Source: the human T2T-CHM13v2.0 reference genome, Homo sapiens | Assembly (NCBI RefSeq): GCF_009914755.1 | Contig: NC_060932.1 | Strand: one strand, 5' to 3' | DNA length: 64,000 nucleotides | In this document: in pieces, positions 32,511 to 47,985 of the stretch | Numbering within the stretch: the stretch's first letter is position 1 | Layout of the letters: the number at the start of each line of letters is the position of its first letter | The notes under the pieces: model-generated | Seen by the model: only the letters and a program-made list of their open reading frames with translations | Told to the model about the DNA's origin: nothing | Databases searched by the model: none | Program-made: the position numbers and the translations under genes

Positions 32511-33334
32511 CTAAAAAAGAAACAAGCAATTATAATTTTTAAAAATGTGTGACATGACACGGACTACTGCGGTTTAAAAATAATTCACAGCTCTATTTTA
32601 ATTTTACCATTTCCCTTGGCCAAGAATCAGTTTTCAAAGATTAAACAGTGACTCCTTTGTATATATAACATGAACATTTTATCGTGTAATTTATTTGAAA
32701 AAAAATGATGGATACAATATTAAATTTAAAAAATGTCTACTAGATCTCTTAGAGGTAAAACCTAGTGCAATTCACTGAATAATGAACAACAGAAAAAATA
32801 AGTGATTACTTAAAGCAATCTAACAATGAAAGGGTCGACGTTTTACCTTTAATAGTTTGACCTCTTTTTCTTGATTTCAGTAAGAATGTTGATCTTGAAT
32901 ATAAATGGTGGCTATTAATGACATTGTGTAATCTCTAGTAGCTGAGCCACTAGGTTTGTAAAATGTAGTTGCCATTGCCTGCATATGCCTGAACTTGGTT
33001 ATTTTCCTGATAGCATAAAAGATCAGCCAGGAAACCCTTTAAGAATAATTTGAGGAAGAAATATGAATCCTAATTGTTATCCGAAAACCTTCGTTTGATA
33101 CTGGCTCATAAGATCAAGAGACTCTTAGCATCAAAGTATGTAGAGTGGATGTCATTGGAAGAGAATTTCAGAGGCAATAAGGAAACATTCTGGAGAAATG
33201 CTGTACCACCAACATTCTCAATGGCAGAGATGATGATAATTACTGGAAAATATACTAACATCAATGACTCTGAGTAAAAAGGTATTTCTGAAGAACTGAT
33301 ATCTACATGTGAAAGCATTTTAAGAATGCAATGG

Positions 33335-33711
<377 letters not shown>

Positions 33712-33959
33712 CTAAACATTAAAGATATACTTTAATGACTGTAAAAATTCTAGGCGATATAAGAGCATTATGTTTTTAAAATGATTAAAATAATTGCTAC
33801 CTTCAAGTAATCTTTTTTTTCCCATTGTTTGGAAATAACAAAGACTATTCCTTTTTCAGAAACAGAACTCTTGTCAGGGGCACCAAATGTTATAAATCAA
33901 ATTATTAGATCACATGTGTTCTATCCTCCTACTTTGATAAATAAGATATAACAATGACC

Positions 33960-34650
<691 letters not shown>

Positions 34651-34716
34651 GACTGTAGAGTGTATAAGAGCAGCAAGGCAGGCTAAGTCAACTGTCTTTA
34701 AAAATATTCTATTACA

Positions 34717-35020
34717 GACGAGATGCGGTGGTTCATACCTGTAATTCAAGCACTTTGGGAGGCTAAGGCACGCAGATGACTTGAAGCCAGGAGTTTGAGA
34801 CCATCCTGGTCAGCATGGTGAGACCACCGTCTCTACTAAAAATACAAAAATTAGCTGGGTGTGGTGGTGTGCGCCTATAATCCCAGCTACTCAGGAGGCT
34901 GAGGCATGAGAATTGCTTGAGCCAAGAGTCAGCGGTTTTAGTGAGCCAAGGCTGTGCCACTGCACTCCAGCTTGGGCAACAGGCAAAAATCTGTCTCAAA
35001 AAAAAAAACAAAAAAAAAAA
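34717..35020 (+). mobile_element. Alu (J/S-like)
   Basis: Alu consensus; TSD ttctatta. Confidence 0.92.
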
Positions 35021-35757
35021 ACTTCTATTATAACAGAGACATAAAGACTCAATTTTTTGGCTAACATTGAAATGTCTCTTTGTTCAATAAGTAAACAAAT
35101 TATATTTACCATTTCTAAATCAATTTTATTGCCACTACTTCTAGTTGAGATTTATGTAGTGGGGATAAAGCTATTCTCAGAGGTAATTCATTAATTCATT
35201 AGCCGTAATGCTCTCATAATTAAAGAATGCAGAGACAAAAACACTGGCTATTGTCTGGATTGATGGGATACGTGGGTGGGGGCCCAGGAACTGAAAAACA
35301 CGTTTTTTCTCCAACGAGATTAGCCAGCCTGAGTACCAAGTTGATATATGAAAAGGAACAGGTTTGTTGGCAAAGTTCCTCTGGGAAAATATGTACATCA
35401 TAATAACTTAAAAAATAATACGTTTGAATTTCATATATTTAGAAAGAGCCAAGGGTTACTGCTCTGGGGTTTTCATAGTTTCAATAAGAAACCAGATAAA
35501 TATCAATGTGCAAATGAAACAGAAGTTGGTATGGCAAATTTTATATATCTGGCATAAAACACTTAAAACTAGAATAATAGATATGTTGAAGGAAAGGAAG
35601 CGTTATGTAAATTTAGAGAGCACTGATCATAAGAAGGACATACAAAGAAAGTATAAGGTTTCTAGGATTACTCATCCTGTCTAATGTTTATCATTCTAGT
35701 GTCTCAAAGAACTTTATAACCATAAGCCTACTACTATAAATATAGAAACACCAATAG

Positions 35758-36133
<376 letters not shown>

Positions 36134-36588
36134 TAACTTAGCATGCTTTTTTGGGCATTACAGTTGCCTTTTATGAAGGATTCAGGATCAGACTTGAGTG
36201 GGACTGATGATAATCTCAGACTACAACAGAGGTAGGGAAGACAATGGATTGGAGCAAAAGAACATGGGAGATAGAAGCTGGGAAAAGTCGTTATCAAAAC
36301 AATGATATTTTAGACAAATATTAAACTCTAAAGATAAGAATTTAAAAGTATATAGGGAGACATCCAGATGTCTGCTATTTACTTTGAAATATATATACAG
36401 AAAAGATGGATTGATGGACGGATTGAGTAATGGGCAAACGGATAGATACGTAACAAAAACAAGCAAAGTAAAATGTTAATGTAGGATACAGGTGGTAGGT
36501 TGAAACTTCTTTCAAATTGGTTGCAGCTTTGAAAAAATTTCAGCATTAAAGATGAGATGTATGTGGAAACATGGACATTTCATATATT

Positions 36589-37090
36589 ATAGTGTTTTAT
36601 TGGAAAAATAGCACCAATTGCCCAATTGTTCACCTCTCTCTCATAATATGTCTTCATAGCTCCTCCTATTGTTTACTTCCTTTTAAAAAAAAGTCTGAGC
36701 TGCTCCTGTGATTTGCTTTCACCAATAGAAGAAAAATGACTCCATGCCAATTCTGGGCCTAGATCTCAAGAGACTTATATACATCCACTCTTTTTTGTGG
36801 AACCCTGCCTGTGCTACAAAAACAAGTCCAGGCTAGCTAGCTGGAAGATGAGAGACCCTATGGAGCCAGGTTGAATCCTTCCATCCCAGAGCAGCAACTT
36901 CAGTGAGGAAGTTGATGGCAGACTCATAAGCAAGCCCAGCCATGATCAGCAGAGCCCAGCCCTGATCAGCAAAATCACCCAGCCAACCTGCAGATTTGTG
37001 AGAAGTAATAAATGGTTGTTGATTTTAAGCCACTAAGCTTTGGAAGAGGATTGTTACACGTTATTATTGTGACATTAGGTAACTGATACA
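36589..37090 (+). mobile_element. MLT1-family (F/G-like) MaLR LTR
   Basis: 3' end aataaatggttgtt..ttttaagccactaag.tttgg...ttgttacac...gtaactgataca. Confidence 0.75.
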
Positions 37091-37159
37091 GCATATATAA
37101 TCTCCAGGAACTCAAGGCATCAAAAAGGAATAATTATGACATTATATATCCTTTTCAGA

Positions 37160-37305
37160 AGTAGAATATATATATATTCTATATATATCTATAGATACAT
37201 ATAGCGACTTATATTCTATATATCTATATATAGCTACATATATACTATGTATAGAATGTATATATATCTATAAATATATTTAGATATTTCTCATAAATAT
37301 ATATG
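37160..37305. repeat. Degenerate (TA)n-rich low-complexity tract
   Basis: Seen directly. Confidence 0.8.
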
Positions 37306-37524
37306 TGAAAACAATTCCCCGCAACCCAATTCTAGCTTTTTTTTCTGTTTCTAATTTTAGGCAGCCACATTTTACATTTGGGATTATTGCCCAAAAGTTA
37401 TCACTGCCATCTGCAAATCATAGCAATTATTGAATTAGTTCCATTGCCTATAATTTGGTTAAAAAAAAATTTTAGTGTTGTTTTTATTATATTTCAAATA
37501 AATCTGACATCATTCAAACCTTAC

Positions 37525-37622
37525 CTTGAGTGGTCAAGAAGTGAAGATTTTTATTGCCCAGCCAATATTCACCATGTTTTTGGACAAAATTTCCAAAGCC
37601 ATTTTCATAGTCTTTCCATCCT
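37525..37622 (-). CDS. FGL1: FGL1 coding exon (GWKDYENGFGNFVQKHGEYWLGNKNLHFLTTQ)
   Basis: ccttttttag|A ... CAA G|gtaag, 98 nt. FReD motifs W..Y..GFG and EYWLGN; phase matches the neighbouring exons. Confidence 0.96.
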
Positions 37623-37867
37623 CTAAAAAAGGTAAAGTGGAAGCCGATTAGAGCAAACTCCATTTGTGGTACCAAAGCGACCACCACCCACCCCCTGCTA
37701 CCACCACCTCCAATATTTTCTTGATTAGTTAATTCATTTTCAGTATTCTTCTTTAGAGAGATTGAAATTCTGTCTAATTAATAGGCTTCAGGATATGATC
37801 AAAATATTTGACTTATAAATCTCACATTTGCTGCTACATATAAAGTCTTACATCATAATTAGCACAC

Positions 37868-38027
37868 CTGTTAAAGTTTTCACTGCCATCAGATCGTCTC
37901 TGAATTACAGTCCATCCTCCTCCATCGGACATGTCACAATAAACAGAAAATTCTGCTGGGCTCTGGAGAGGTTTGATTTTGTAAAATCCACTGAGCTTAT
38001 ACCCATCATTGAAAATCTCTGAACAAT
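37868..38027 (-). CDS. FGL1: FGL1 coding exon (start of fibrinogen C-terminal domain, DCSEIFNDGYKLSGFYKIKP...VYCDMSDGGGWTVIQRRSDGSENFNR)
   Basis: aaacag|AT ... AAC AG|gtgtg, 160 nt. Canonical FReD motifs VYCDM and GGWTVIQRR. Confidence 0.97.
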
Positions 38028-38279
38028 CTGTTTTTAAAACAAGGTAATGTAACATTCATTATGTGTCTTTTTCTCCCCCCGCCTTAGGGAGCCTCTGAAT
38101 GAGACTACTCAGTATCACTGGAGACAGATAACACATGGTATAGAAATCAGCGTTTTAAAATTGCATCTTGTACATCTTCCAGTGGATATTAGGAAAGTTT
38201 TATTTCCTTTGCTAAAATTTGCCACCTGAATCCTTGATATAATCATCGAGGAAAAAAGGGGAGTGAAATAAGAATCTAG

Positions 38280-38432
38280 TTTTTTGTTTCTTTCTTCTTT
38301 TTTCTTTTACATTTTTTTTAAGAAATGGGGGCGTGTCACTATATTGCCCAGGCTGGTCTCGAACTCCTGGCTTCAAACAATCCTATCCTCCCACCACAGA
38401 CTCCCAAAGGGCTGGGATTACAGGTGTGAGCT
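38280..38432 (-). mobile_element. Alu left monomer (FLAM-like)
   Basis: Single monomer with T-rich tail. Confidence 0.8.
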
Positions 38433-38687
38433 TAGTTTCTAATTTCTGAGTTTTGTAGAAAACAATCTTAAAAAAAACAAGTTATGAGTAGTCTGTTAAT
38501 AACAGTATATTTAGGTGGAACTTACAGTTTTATCAGACGGAATAGTAAAATTTATCTCACCCATGAAGCTAAAATGAAAGCAGAAATGTTAACACCAAAG
38601 TTACTACAGGTTATCCTGACTTAGAGCATGATAAATCATTCTGGACATCTGAAAATGAACCCAAAATAGTAATCTTGTAAAAATCTT

Positions 38688-38779
38688 TATTATTATACTT
38701 TAAGTTCTAGGGTACATGTGCACAACATGCAGGTTTGTTACATATGTATATGTGTGCCATGTTGGTGTGCTGCACCCAT
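38688..38779 (-). mobile_element. ~90-bp L1PA 3' terminus
   Basis: tattatactttaagttctagggtacatgtgcacaac.tgcaggtttgttacata...tgctgcacccat; 18-bp TSD taatcttgt(a/c)aaaatctt. Confidence 0.92.
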
Positions 38780-38987
38780 AATCTTGTCAAAATCTTATAA
38801 TCTCTTAGCCTTATTAGATTTTTTACTAACCCACTGAAGTTTCTAAAAGTCCATACATTCTTAGATGTTTTTGCTAAAAACTGCAAGCTTCTGCTATTCT
38901 TTTCATCCCTTAATTCTTTTTTGCTGTGGTATTTCTTTGAACACTGAAGCAAATGTAGCTACCCCTTTGTCACCAAAAAGTGATATC

Positions 38988-39395
<408 letters not shown>

Positions 39396-41127
39396 AAATG
39401 GTGATGTCTGTTCCTTAAGCCACTTGAGGGTGATGTAAATTAATACCCATTGGGTCTCACCTAGGTTGATCTGTACAGACTTAGAGAACGTGGCAAATGG
39501 GGACCTCTCTATTGTTCAGATGCATAGAAAGCTAGGTTTTAGGATGATTGAAGTAGTGGTCACTATAAACAATCTCAAGAAGAGCCGTCTACAAACATTT
39601 GAATAAAAATACTATAACATCATCAACTTTCACTTTTACCCTTATCGCTTTGTTAATTTCCTTAACAAAAAATTTTTTTCTTATTGGATAATTCCATTCT
39701 TGTAGCATATTTTAAAGATGTTTAAAGATTTAAAAACAAATGTTCATTGTTTTGATACTAGATTGCCAAATTTACAACTCTCTTGTTTTGTTACAGATAA
39801 AATATATTGCACATTAAGTAGGTGAATAGGCCATAGACATCAGAAGAGAAAAGAAAAGAAAGAACCTTAGTCATTTTATAAAGCCTTCACATGGTTGGGA
39901 CCAACCATATACTCCTGCTTTGGTGAGATGTTTACCTTTGTAATGATTTAGGCTTTATTCATATATTTATTTTCAAGATTCAGAAGCACATGCGTTCATA
40001 TACATGCTAAATTATAAAAAGGATCCTGTTTTGGCAATTAAACAAGAAGCAAAACAATGAGAAAATGATTATCTAAAATTAGTTCAATGTTGTTATAAAG
40101 TTTACATCTTGTAGTCAAGTATATAGTACAACACTTTTATTAAAGTAAGCAGATTTTAGCCCTATTTGGAAAGAAGCTTTTTGCTTACATTAAATTTCCT
40201 ACCAAAGAGCTGAATACTAAAGACTCACAAGGATCAAACTATTTTCCAGGCAAATATGGAAGTGATTAGCTATAACATTTGCCTCTGGAAAACTTAGTGA
40301 ATATAGAGGTTTCAGCCAAAATTTTCTACTTGTTATTATTTTATGCTAACTGCGAGTTTGTTATTTCTTTGGTCTTGTTTTTGAAATTTTCCTTCTCCCC
40401 AGAAGAAAATGCCAAACACAACTTAAGAAAAGCTTTTAACTGAAATAAACAGTAACACAACAACAAAACCCCCAACAAATAAATAAACATTAAAAAAGCA
40501 AAAAAGCACCAGTAGTTCAATTTGCTTATAGCTAACAAGTTAAGAAGCCTGCTTTGGGAAATGAGACTTAAATCGTAACAGCAGAAAGTATGAAAAATGT
40601 AGAATTTAAAATATGAACTTGATATTTAAAACGATGATTTTCAAAATGTTCTGACCCACTCAACTCCCTGGAGAATAGGTAGAAGAAAGGCAAGGTTAAA
40701 GAGCTTTGTGTTCATGGGAGTTTTTTTTTTAAAAAAGAAAAAGAATTTTGAATATTTACATAATACTAGACAGAGGCCAAGGCATCCTGCCTTCTGTTTT
40801 GACAAACACTGTATTAAACTGGGTTATGTGTGTCCTTTCTCTGATCATGCAGAAAGTAAGCCATGTTGGAAGGCTGAATGTTTAAGCTCATAAAGTGACA
40901 TGACAGCCTGCCAAATGGGCTTTTTCCTCTTGTCTCAGGATGGTGGCTGAGGCACAAAGCTGAGAACCAAAGGCACAAAGTACCCCACATTCTAAACACA
41001 AAAAGAGGTAAGCAACAGAGGTCAGCTGCCACTCCCCAGAGCATGTTGGGATATGCGAGAACTGGCCCTGCTACCGCCATCTTCACCCCCAGGCAACATA
41101 AGGAAAAAAAAAAAAGGATAAAGGAAG

Positions 41128-41315
41128 GTGGGTACATAGTAGGTGTATGTATTTGTTGGGGTACATGTGATATTTTGATAAAGGCATGCAATGCATAATA
41201 ATCACATCATGGAAAATGAGGTGTCCATCCCTTCAAGCATTTATCCTTTGTGTTACAAACAATCCAATTTTGCTCTCTTTGTTATTTTTAAATGTGCAAT
41301 TAAATTAATATTGAG
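41128..41315 (-). mobile_element. L1MA-like 3' end fragment
   Basis: gggtacatagtaggtgtat.tattt.tggggtacatg.gat.ttttgata.aggcatgcaatgcataataatcacatc. Confidence 0.8.
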
Positions 41316-41444
41316 AGAATGCGATACTCTTGTAGGGTAGAGTGAGTAGGCTTTCTTCCTTGAAAACAAGGCTATAATAATGTCCATAGATAGCTGGCAT
41401 TCACTGAGTACTTCTTTTGCTCTACGATGTTAAATATATTAACT

Positions 41445-41741
41445 CATTTTATTTTGTTTATTTATTTATTTGAGACGGGTCTCACTCTGTTACCCAGGCA
41501 GGTTGTAGTGCAGTGGCACAGTCAGCTCACTGCAGCCCCAAACTTCTGCAATCCTCCTGCCTCAGCCTCCTGAGTAGCTGGGCCTGCATGCATGCACCAC
41601 CAAGCCTGGCAATTTTTTTTTTATAGTGTTAGAGTCTCACTATGTTGCCCAGGCTGTTCTTGAAATCCTGGCCTCAAGTGTTCCTCCCACCTCGGCCTCT
41701 CAAAGTGCAGGGATTACAGGCATGATTCATGGCACCTGGCC
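41445..41741 (-). mobile_element. AluJ-like, inserted in a MIR
   Basis: Diverged Alu; TSD approximately aaatat.tt.actcattt; MIR-like flanks ~41395-41920. Confidence 0.88.
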
Positions 41742-42873
41742 AAAATATTTTCACTCATTTGAATATATTTTAATCCTTACAACAAATACACAGCATTCTT
41801 ATTCTCATTCTTCAGATGGGGAATATGGGACACACAGAGGTTATGTAATGTCCCCAAAGGCCACAGCTAGCAAGATGGGCAGCTGGACTTTGAAATCAAA
41901 CTCCAGAGTCAACACCTTAGGCCACTTTGTAACCTGCCTCAAGACACTCACATGCAGACTGGGGGCTCCTGAAGAAGGGGAGATGCTGGAGCCAGTGGTG
42001 TTGTCAAGTGAACGGCGGTGGTGACGCCAGATTTTTGTTCTTGCCACCAGTTAATGTGAATTTGACACAGTAACCTTTTAATTCATAATCCGCTAGCACC
42101 CAAATTCTTTAAAAAAAGATACAGCTTAATAGTATGCTGTAGAAAATCATGTGCCTAGTGCATTGTTTGCACAAATTGCTAGGTTGTATGTAATTGGGTG
42201 TTTTCTACCATCAGATAAATTAGAATTCAGAAAATAACTAATTTAGTAATAATAAAGTAACTTGTAAATAAGAAGAAAAGATTTATATTTCTACAGATTA
42301 TATGTATGAATATTTAATTGTTTTCAATTTAAGGACACCAAAAACATAAACTTTGAGGTGAACAAGTTCTTATATATTTTATACCATATTATATATATAT
42401 AAAACACTATACTTTATTGGAATTTTTATGTTATATATTTTATTTATTGAGTATCTGTTCTTAGTAGCCTCTCCAGTACTATCTCCCTATATGCTAAAAT
42501 ATAAAGAACAATTGAACTGTGTTTATATTTTATTTCCCCTTTTTCTTCTTCATGCTTGTAATTAATATATGAAAAATATTGTTTTAATCTACTGAATTCT
42601 GATTTTTTTGGCTTTTATATCAAAAAACAGTCATCTAGAATTCCTATCATCTGTCTTATTATTATAACAGTATTATATTTATAATAATTATAATGTTTTT
42701 TCTGAAGCATCTCTATATGACTCTTCTAACTCCTGCTTGTACAGTTAATCCTGCTCTGACCTTGGCATCGTAATTTCCAAGTAACTGATTTCTTGCCTTA
42801 TTCCTTGGTGACCCCTTACTTCCCAAAGTCTGCTCCCCAGCAGTGTCAACACAAGGACTGGATCTTCAGCTCT

Positions 42874-43284
42874 TGATATGATTTGGATGTGTGTCCCCAC
42901 CAAATCTCATGTTGAGTTGTAGTTCCCAGTGTGGGAGGGAAGGCCTAGTGGGAGGCGATTGGCTCATGGGGGTGGAGTTGTCATGAATGTTTTAGCACCA
43001 TCTCTCTTGGTACTCTACAGTGAGTGGTGAGTTCTCATGAGATCTGGTTTTTGAAACAGTGTCGCACCTCCTCCCTCTCTTTCTCCTGTTCCCACCATGT
43101 GAGATGTGCCTGCTTCTGCTTTGCCGTCTGCCATGATTGTAAGTTCCCTGAGGCCTCCCCAGAAGCAGATGCTGCTATGCTTCCTTTACAGCCTGCAGAA
43201 CCATGAGCCAATTAAACCTCTTTTCTTTATAAACGACCCAGCCTCATTCATTTCGTTATAGCGGTATGAGAACGGACTAATACA
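42874..43284 (+). mobile_element. MST-family (MSTA/B-like) solo LTR
   Basis: tgatatg.tttggatgtgtgtccccac.aaatctcatgttga...gaacggactaataca; 5-bp TSD gctct/gcact. Confidence 0.9.
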
Positions 43285-44609
43285 GCACTTAAGCCTCAGT
43301 CTTCCCATGACTGGTTGTAGAGGCCTGGGAACAAACATCTGATTAGCTGCCCCCTGCCATGATTGACCCTTGAGTCTGTGCCAATAACCTGCTCAGAATG
43401 TGTTCAAATAGAAACCCCAAGTCTTGGGCTTGGTTTGAAATTTGGAGTAATGATGATCCACTGGCATCTACGAGTTCCTCGCCCTTGAGATCAGCTTTGT
43501 ATGTTCTTTTGGGATCACTTATCTGTATGCTCATCCCTTAAACGATAGTCCGTTTGCTTCCCAAGCCCATTTTTACCCGAACTGTCCCTGGTTCCTCTTG
43601 GCTCCAGAGGCACTGGCCATCTTCAGGCTATAGCCATCCCCACTACTGCAGACCACTGGCTCTGGCCTCTTTCTGATCTCTAAGGGCCAGAGGGAGGGCA
43701 GTTGGATCAAGATGCTGGCCATAAGAGAAGCAGGAGCCCAGGGCGAGGAGTCTGAGCAGAGGGAGATAAGGATCTTGGTAGAAAAAAAGGGAGCATTTTA
43801 AGAGTCTCATGCGCTACAGTGTGAGCCAGCCAGGTGCCCTGAAGCATTTTATGGAAGCATAGACTCTCACAACTCCTATATCCTACACTTGTATGATTAG
43901 AAGCAGAAAATAAACATGTTTCTATTCCCATAAGATTGGCAACTCTTTGACCTCTACAGTCTTTCAATTCTAGTCAAATAGGTGTCCGAATTTATATTTG
44001 CTTATCTTGCTATTCCTCTCCCTATGAACTACCTTCCTTTCATTCCTGAATATGAGGATCTACTATGTTTCAGGCACTCTAATAGCCAACAGGGAGATAA
44101 AAGTACATTAAATATCATTCTAGACCTCACAGAGTGCCCAGTTAATTGACCTCAATAGACTCATAAACAGAAATTACAATGTAGCATGGTAGTGCTAGAA
44201 TAGACATATGGACAAAGTGCTTTCGCTAGCATTCTTTTTGTTTCTGACAATCGTCGTTTACTCTAAAAGATACCTTTTACTTCTGGAGGAATTCAAGTGA
44301 ACAGTTTTCCATAGAGAATAATGATTTGTGCAGCAATGTGTGTAATGTGTTGCCAGTTTAAAATCATTTAGTTTCTGGGGAGAAATACCTCATTGAAAGG
44401 AACATTATGAAATCAGAAAATATACATATAAAAAACTACTCTTTTATTTTCCTTAGTAATTCTGGTTCTTTTTCCTTTTTCTGCTCCTTTATTTTTTACC
44501 TTATTTGCCACCCTAATGCACATTAGGATTTCAGAAGGGAAAACTGCATACATGCAACAAGGAAAGATACACAAACACAAAGCTCAAATGCAAAAATTCC
44601 CAATTGTAA

Positions 44610-44924
<315 letters not shown>

Positions 44925-45041
44925 GTGTCCATCAGTATTTAAACAATCTATTGTCCTGATTTCTTATTAAATGATATAAATTCTCAGATATTTAGCATTC
45001 ACATTAAATGCCCTGGCAGAGATAGAAAAAAGTAAAGTGTC

Positions 45042-45379
<338 letters not shown>

Positions 45380-45488
45380 TCATATTGCTTGTTACTGAAA
45401 TAGGAAAAGCCTGAAATAACTAGCACCATCACTGTACATGGGTGCATAATGTAAGTTATAGAAACACTTAAGAAAAGTCCATTCTGAC

Positions 45489-45669
45489 CTGCATACTGCC
45501 TCTTGCTTCCAAGATCAATGACAGTATTCTCATCTCCTTTATCAAGGAACTGGACTTCATTCTCCTGCAAAAGCTGCTTGATCTTGACCTGTTGCTGTTT
45601 GACCCGGGTCTCAAGCAGGCGCACCTGGGCTCTGAGCCGCATCTGCTCCTGGGCACAGTCCTCGAGCGC
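45489..45669 (-). CDS. FGL1: FGL1 coding exon (coiled coil, ALEDCAQEQMRLRAQVRLLETRVKQQQVKIKQLLQENEVQFLDKGDENTVIDLGSKRQYA)
   Basis: ttttgcag|GCG ... GCA G|gtcag, 181 nt. Lies within ORF 45361..45702. Heptad-like coiled coil. Confidence 0.97.
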
Positions 45670-46169
45670 CTGCAAAACAGGTGAGATGAGATGAGTATGC
45701 ACCTCATTTTCATGGAAAACAAGTGCTTTTTAAACATTTGGATAAATCAGTGATTCCATTTTGTCTCCAGTTCCCATTTCAGAATATTATTCCAAAGAGA
45801 AAGTGGCTTGAAAAGTTCTAATACTGCCTACTATTTGAAGAATTGGAAATTATGGCTTATGCGAAAACTCCTGGACTCAAAAGATCAAATAATATAAAAT
45901 AATTGGAATCGCTATGCTAGGAGCTTTATAGTTGTCTCCTTTGATCCTCATAACAATTCCATGCGGTAGGAAAGGGCTCAGTCTTGATGCCCAGTGGGTA
46001 AGCGGAGGTGGGATTCAAATTCAGTTCAAGGACTGTGCTCTCAATCTCTATATGACATTGCTTATGTGTTTTCTAAACAGTAATGTGGTTTATAGAAGTT
46101 AATTGTACTGTTGGCATGTAAATCTCCATAATAAATGAGGTTTTTGAATGGCTGTCTGGTATAAATACT

Positions 46170-47200
46170 TTTAAATATGTATATTTAATGTATATTATAT
46201 ATTATATATATTATATATGCATATAAATAATATATAATATATATAATATATAATATATTAAACAATATATAATATATAGTATATAATATATTAAACAATA
46301 TATAATATATCATATATAATATATTAAATAATATATAATATATATCATATATAATATATTAAATAATATATAATATATCTCATATATAATATATTAAATA
46401 ATATATAATATATCTCATATATAATATATTAAATAATATATAATATATATCATATATAATATATTAAATATATAATATATATCATATGTAATATATTAAA
46501 TATATAATATATATCATATGTAATATATTAAATATATAATATATATCATATGTAATATATTAAATATATAATATATATCATATGTAATATATTAAATAAT
46601 ATATATCATATATAATATATTAAATAATATATAATATATATCATATATAATATATTAAATAATATATAATATATATCATATATAATATATTAAATAATAT
46701 ATAATATATATCATATATAATATATTAAATAATATATAATATATATCATATATAATATATTAAATAATATATCATATATATCATATATAATATATTAAAT
46801 AACATATAATAATATATAATATATTAAATAATATATAATATAATAATAATATATAATATATAAAATAATATACAATATAATAATAATATATAATATATAT
46901 TACAAAATATATAATATGAATATATATGAATATAAATGAATAGATATTATATAATATATAAATATAAATAATATATAATATATTAAATATATTTATATAT
47001 AATATAATGTAATATAATTGTATTTATTATATTATAGTCTACTTTATATAATATATTATATTTATACATAATATACGTATATATAAAATTACATAATGGA
47101 TTTATATAGTATATATTATATCAAATACATATGCATATATAATACATTTATATTTATATAGTCTATAATATATATATATTTTTTATATATATATATATGT
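46170..47200. repeat. ~1-kb AT-rich minisatellite with 32-35 bp units (CATATATAATATATTAAATAATATATAATATATAT)
   Basis: Unit starts at 46311, 46346, 46381, 46416, 46451 (period 35), then 46483 and 46515 (period 32). Degenerate TA-rich flanks. Confidence 0.95.
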
Positions 47201-47219
47201 AGTACATCTCCCCTCCCTC

Positions 47220-47700
47220 CCATCTCTAGGTCCAAGTCATGGAACCTCTCCCAGCCATTTTTCTAGGATGGTTTCTCCCTTTTCCTTCCCCTTCCCCTTT
47301 CCCTTCCTCTTCCCTTACGTTTCCTTTCTCAGAACCTCTCCCAGATATCTTTTCTAGGATGATTTCTTTCTCCTCTTTTCTTTTTCTTTTCTTTTGTTCT
47401 TTTCCTCTCTTTCTCCTTCCCTCCTTCCCTCCCTTCCTTCCTTCCTTTCTTTTCTTTCCTTTCTTCCCATCCCTAGGTCCAAGTCACAGAACCTCTCCCA
47501 GCCATTTTTCTAAAATGATTTCTTTCTCCTCTTCTTTTTCTTTTCTTTTGTTCTTTTCCTTTCTTTCTCCTTCCCTCCCTCCCTCCCTTCCTTCTTTTCT
47601 TTTCTTTCTTTCCTTTCTTCCCATCCCTAGGTCCAAGTCACAGAACCTCTCCCAGCCATTTTTCTAGGATGATTCCTTCTCTCTCTCTCTCTCTTTCTTT
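47220..47700. repeat. Four-copy composite tandem array (~50-bp unique core plus polypyrimidine tract)
   Basis: Core agaacctctcccagccatttttctaggatga in copies starting at ~47221, ~47330 (partial), ~47467 and ~47621. Confidence 0.9.
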
Positions 47701-47985
47701 CAACAGAGTCTTGCTCTGTTGCCCAGGCTGGAGTGCAGTGGTGCGATCTCGGCTCCCTGCAACCTCTGCCTCTCTGGTTCAAGCGATTCTTGTGCTTCAT
47801 CCTGGCAAGTAGCTGGGACTATACAGGTTGTGTGCCATAACACCCAGCTAATTTTTGTATTTTTAGTAGAGATGGGGTTTTGCCATGTTGCCCAGTCTGG
47901 TCTCAAACTTCTGGCTTCAAGCGATCCACCCACCTCGGCCCCTCAAAGTGCTGGGATTACAGGCGTGAGCCACTGCACCAGGCCT
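47680..47985 (-). mobile_element. Alu (S-like)
   Basis: Alu consensus; TSD approximately tctaggat(g/t)a.t.ctt. Confidence 0.93.

Noticed and set aside
47220-47700. CRISPR-like repeat-spacer pattern, and the 142-aa F/P/S-rich ORF over it
   Set aside because: The spacers are low-complexity pyrimidine tracts related to each other, the context is a mammalian intron, and the ORF is a composition artefact.
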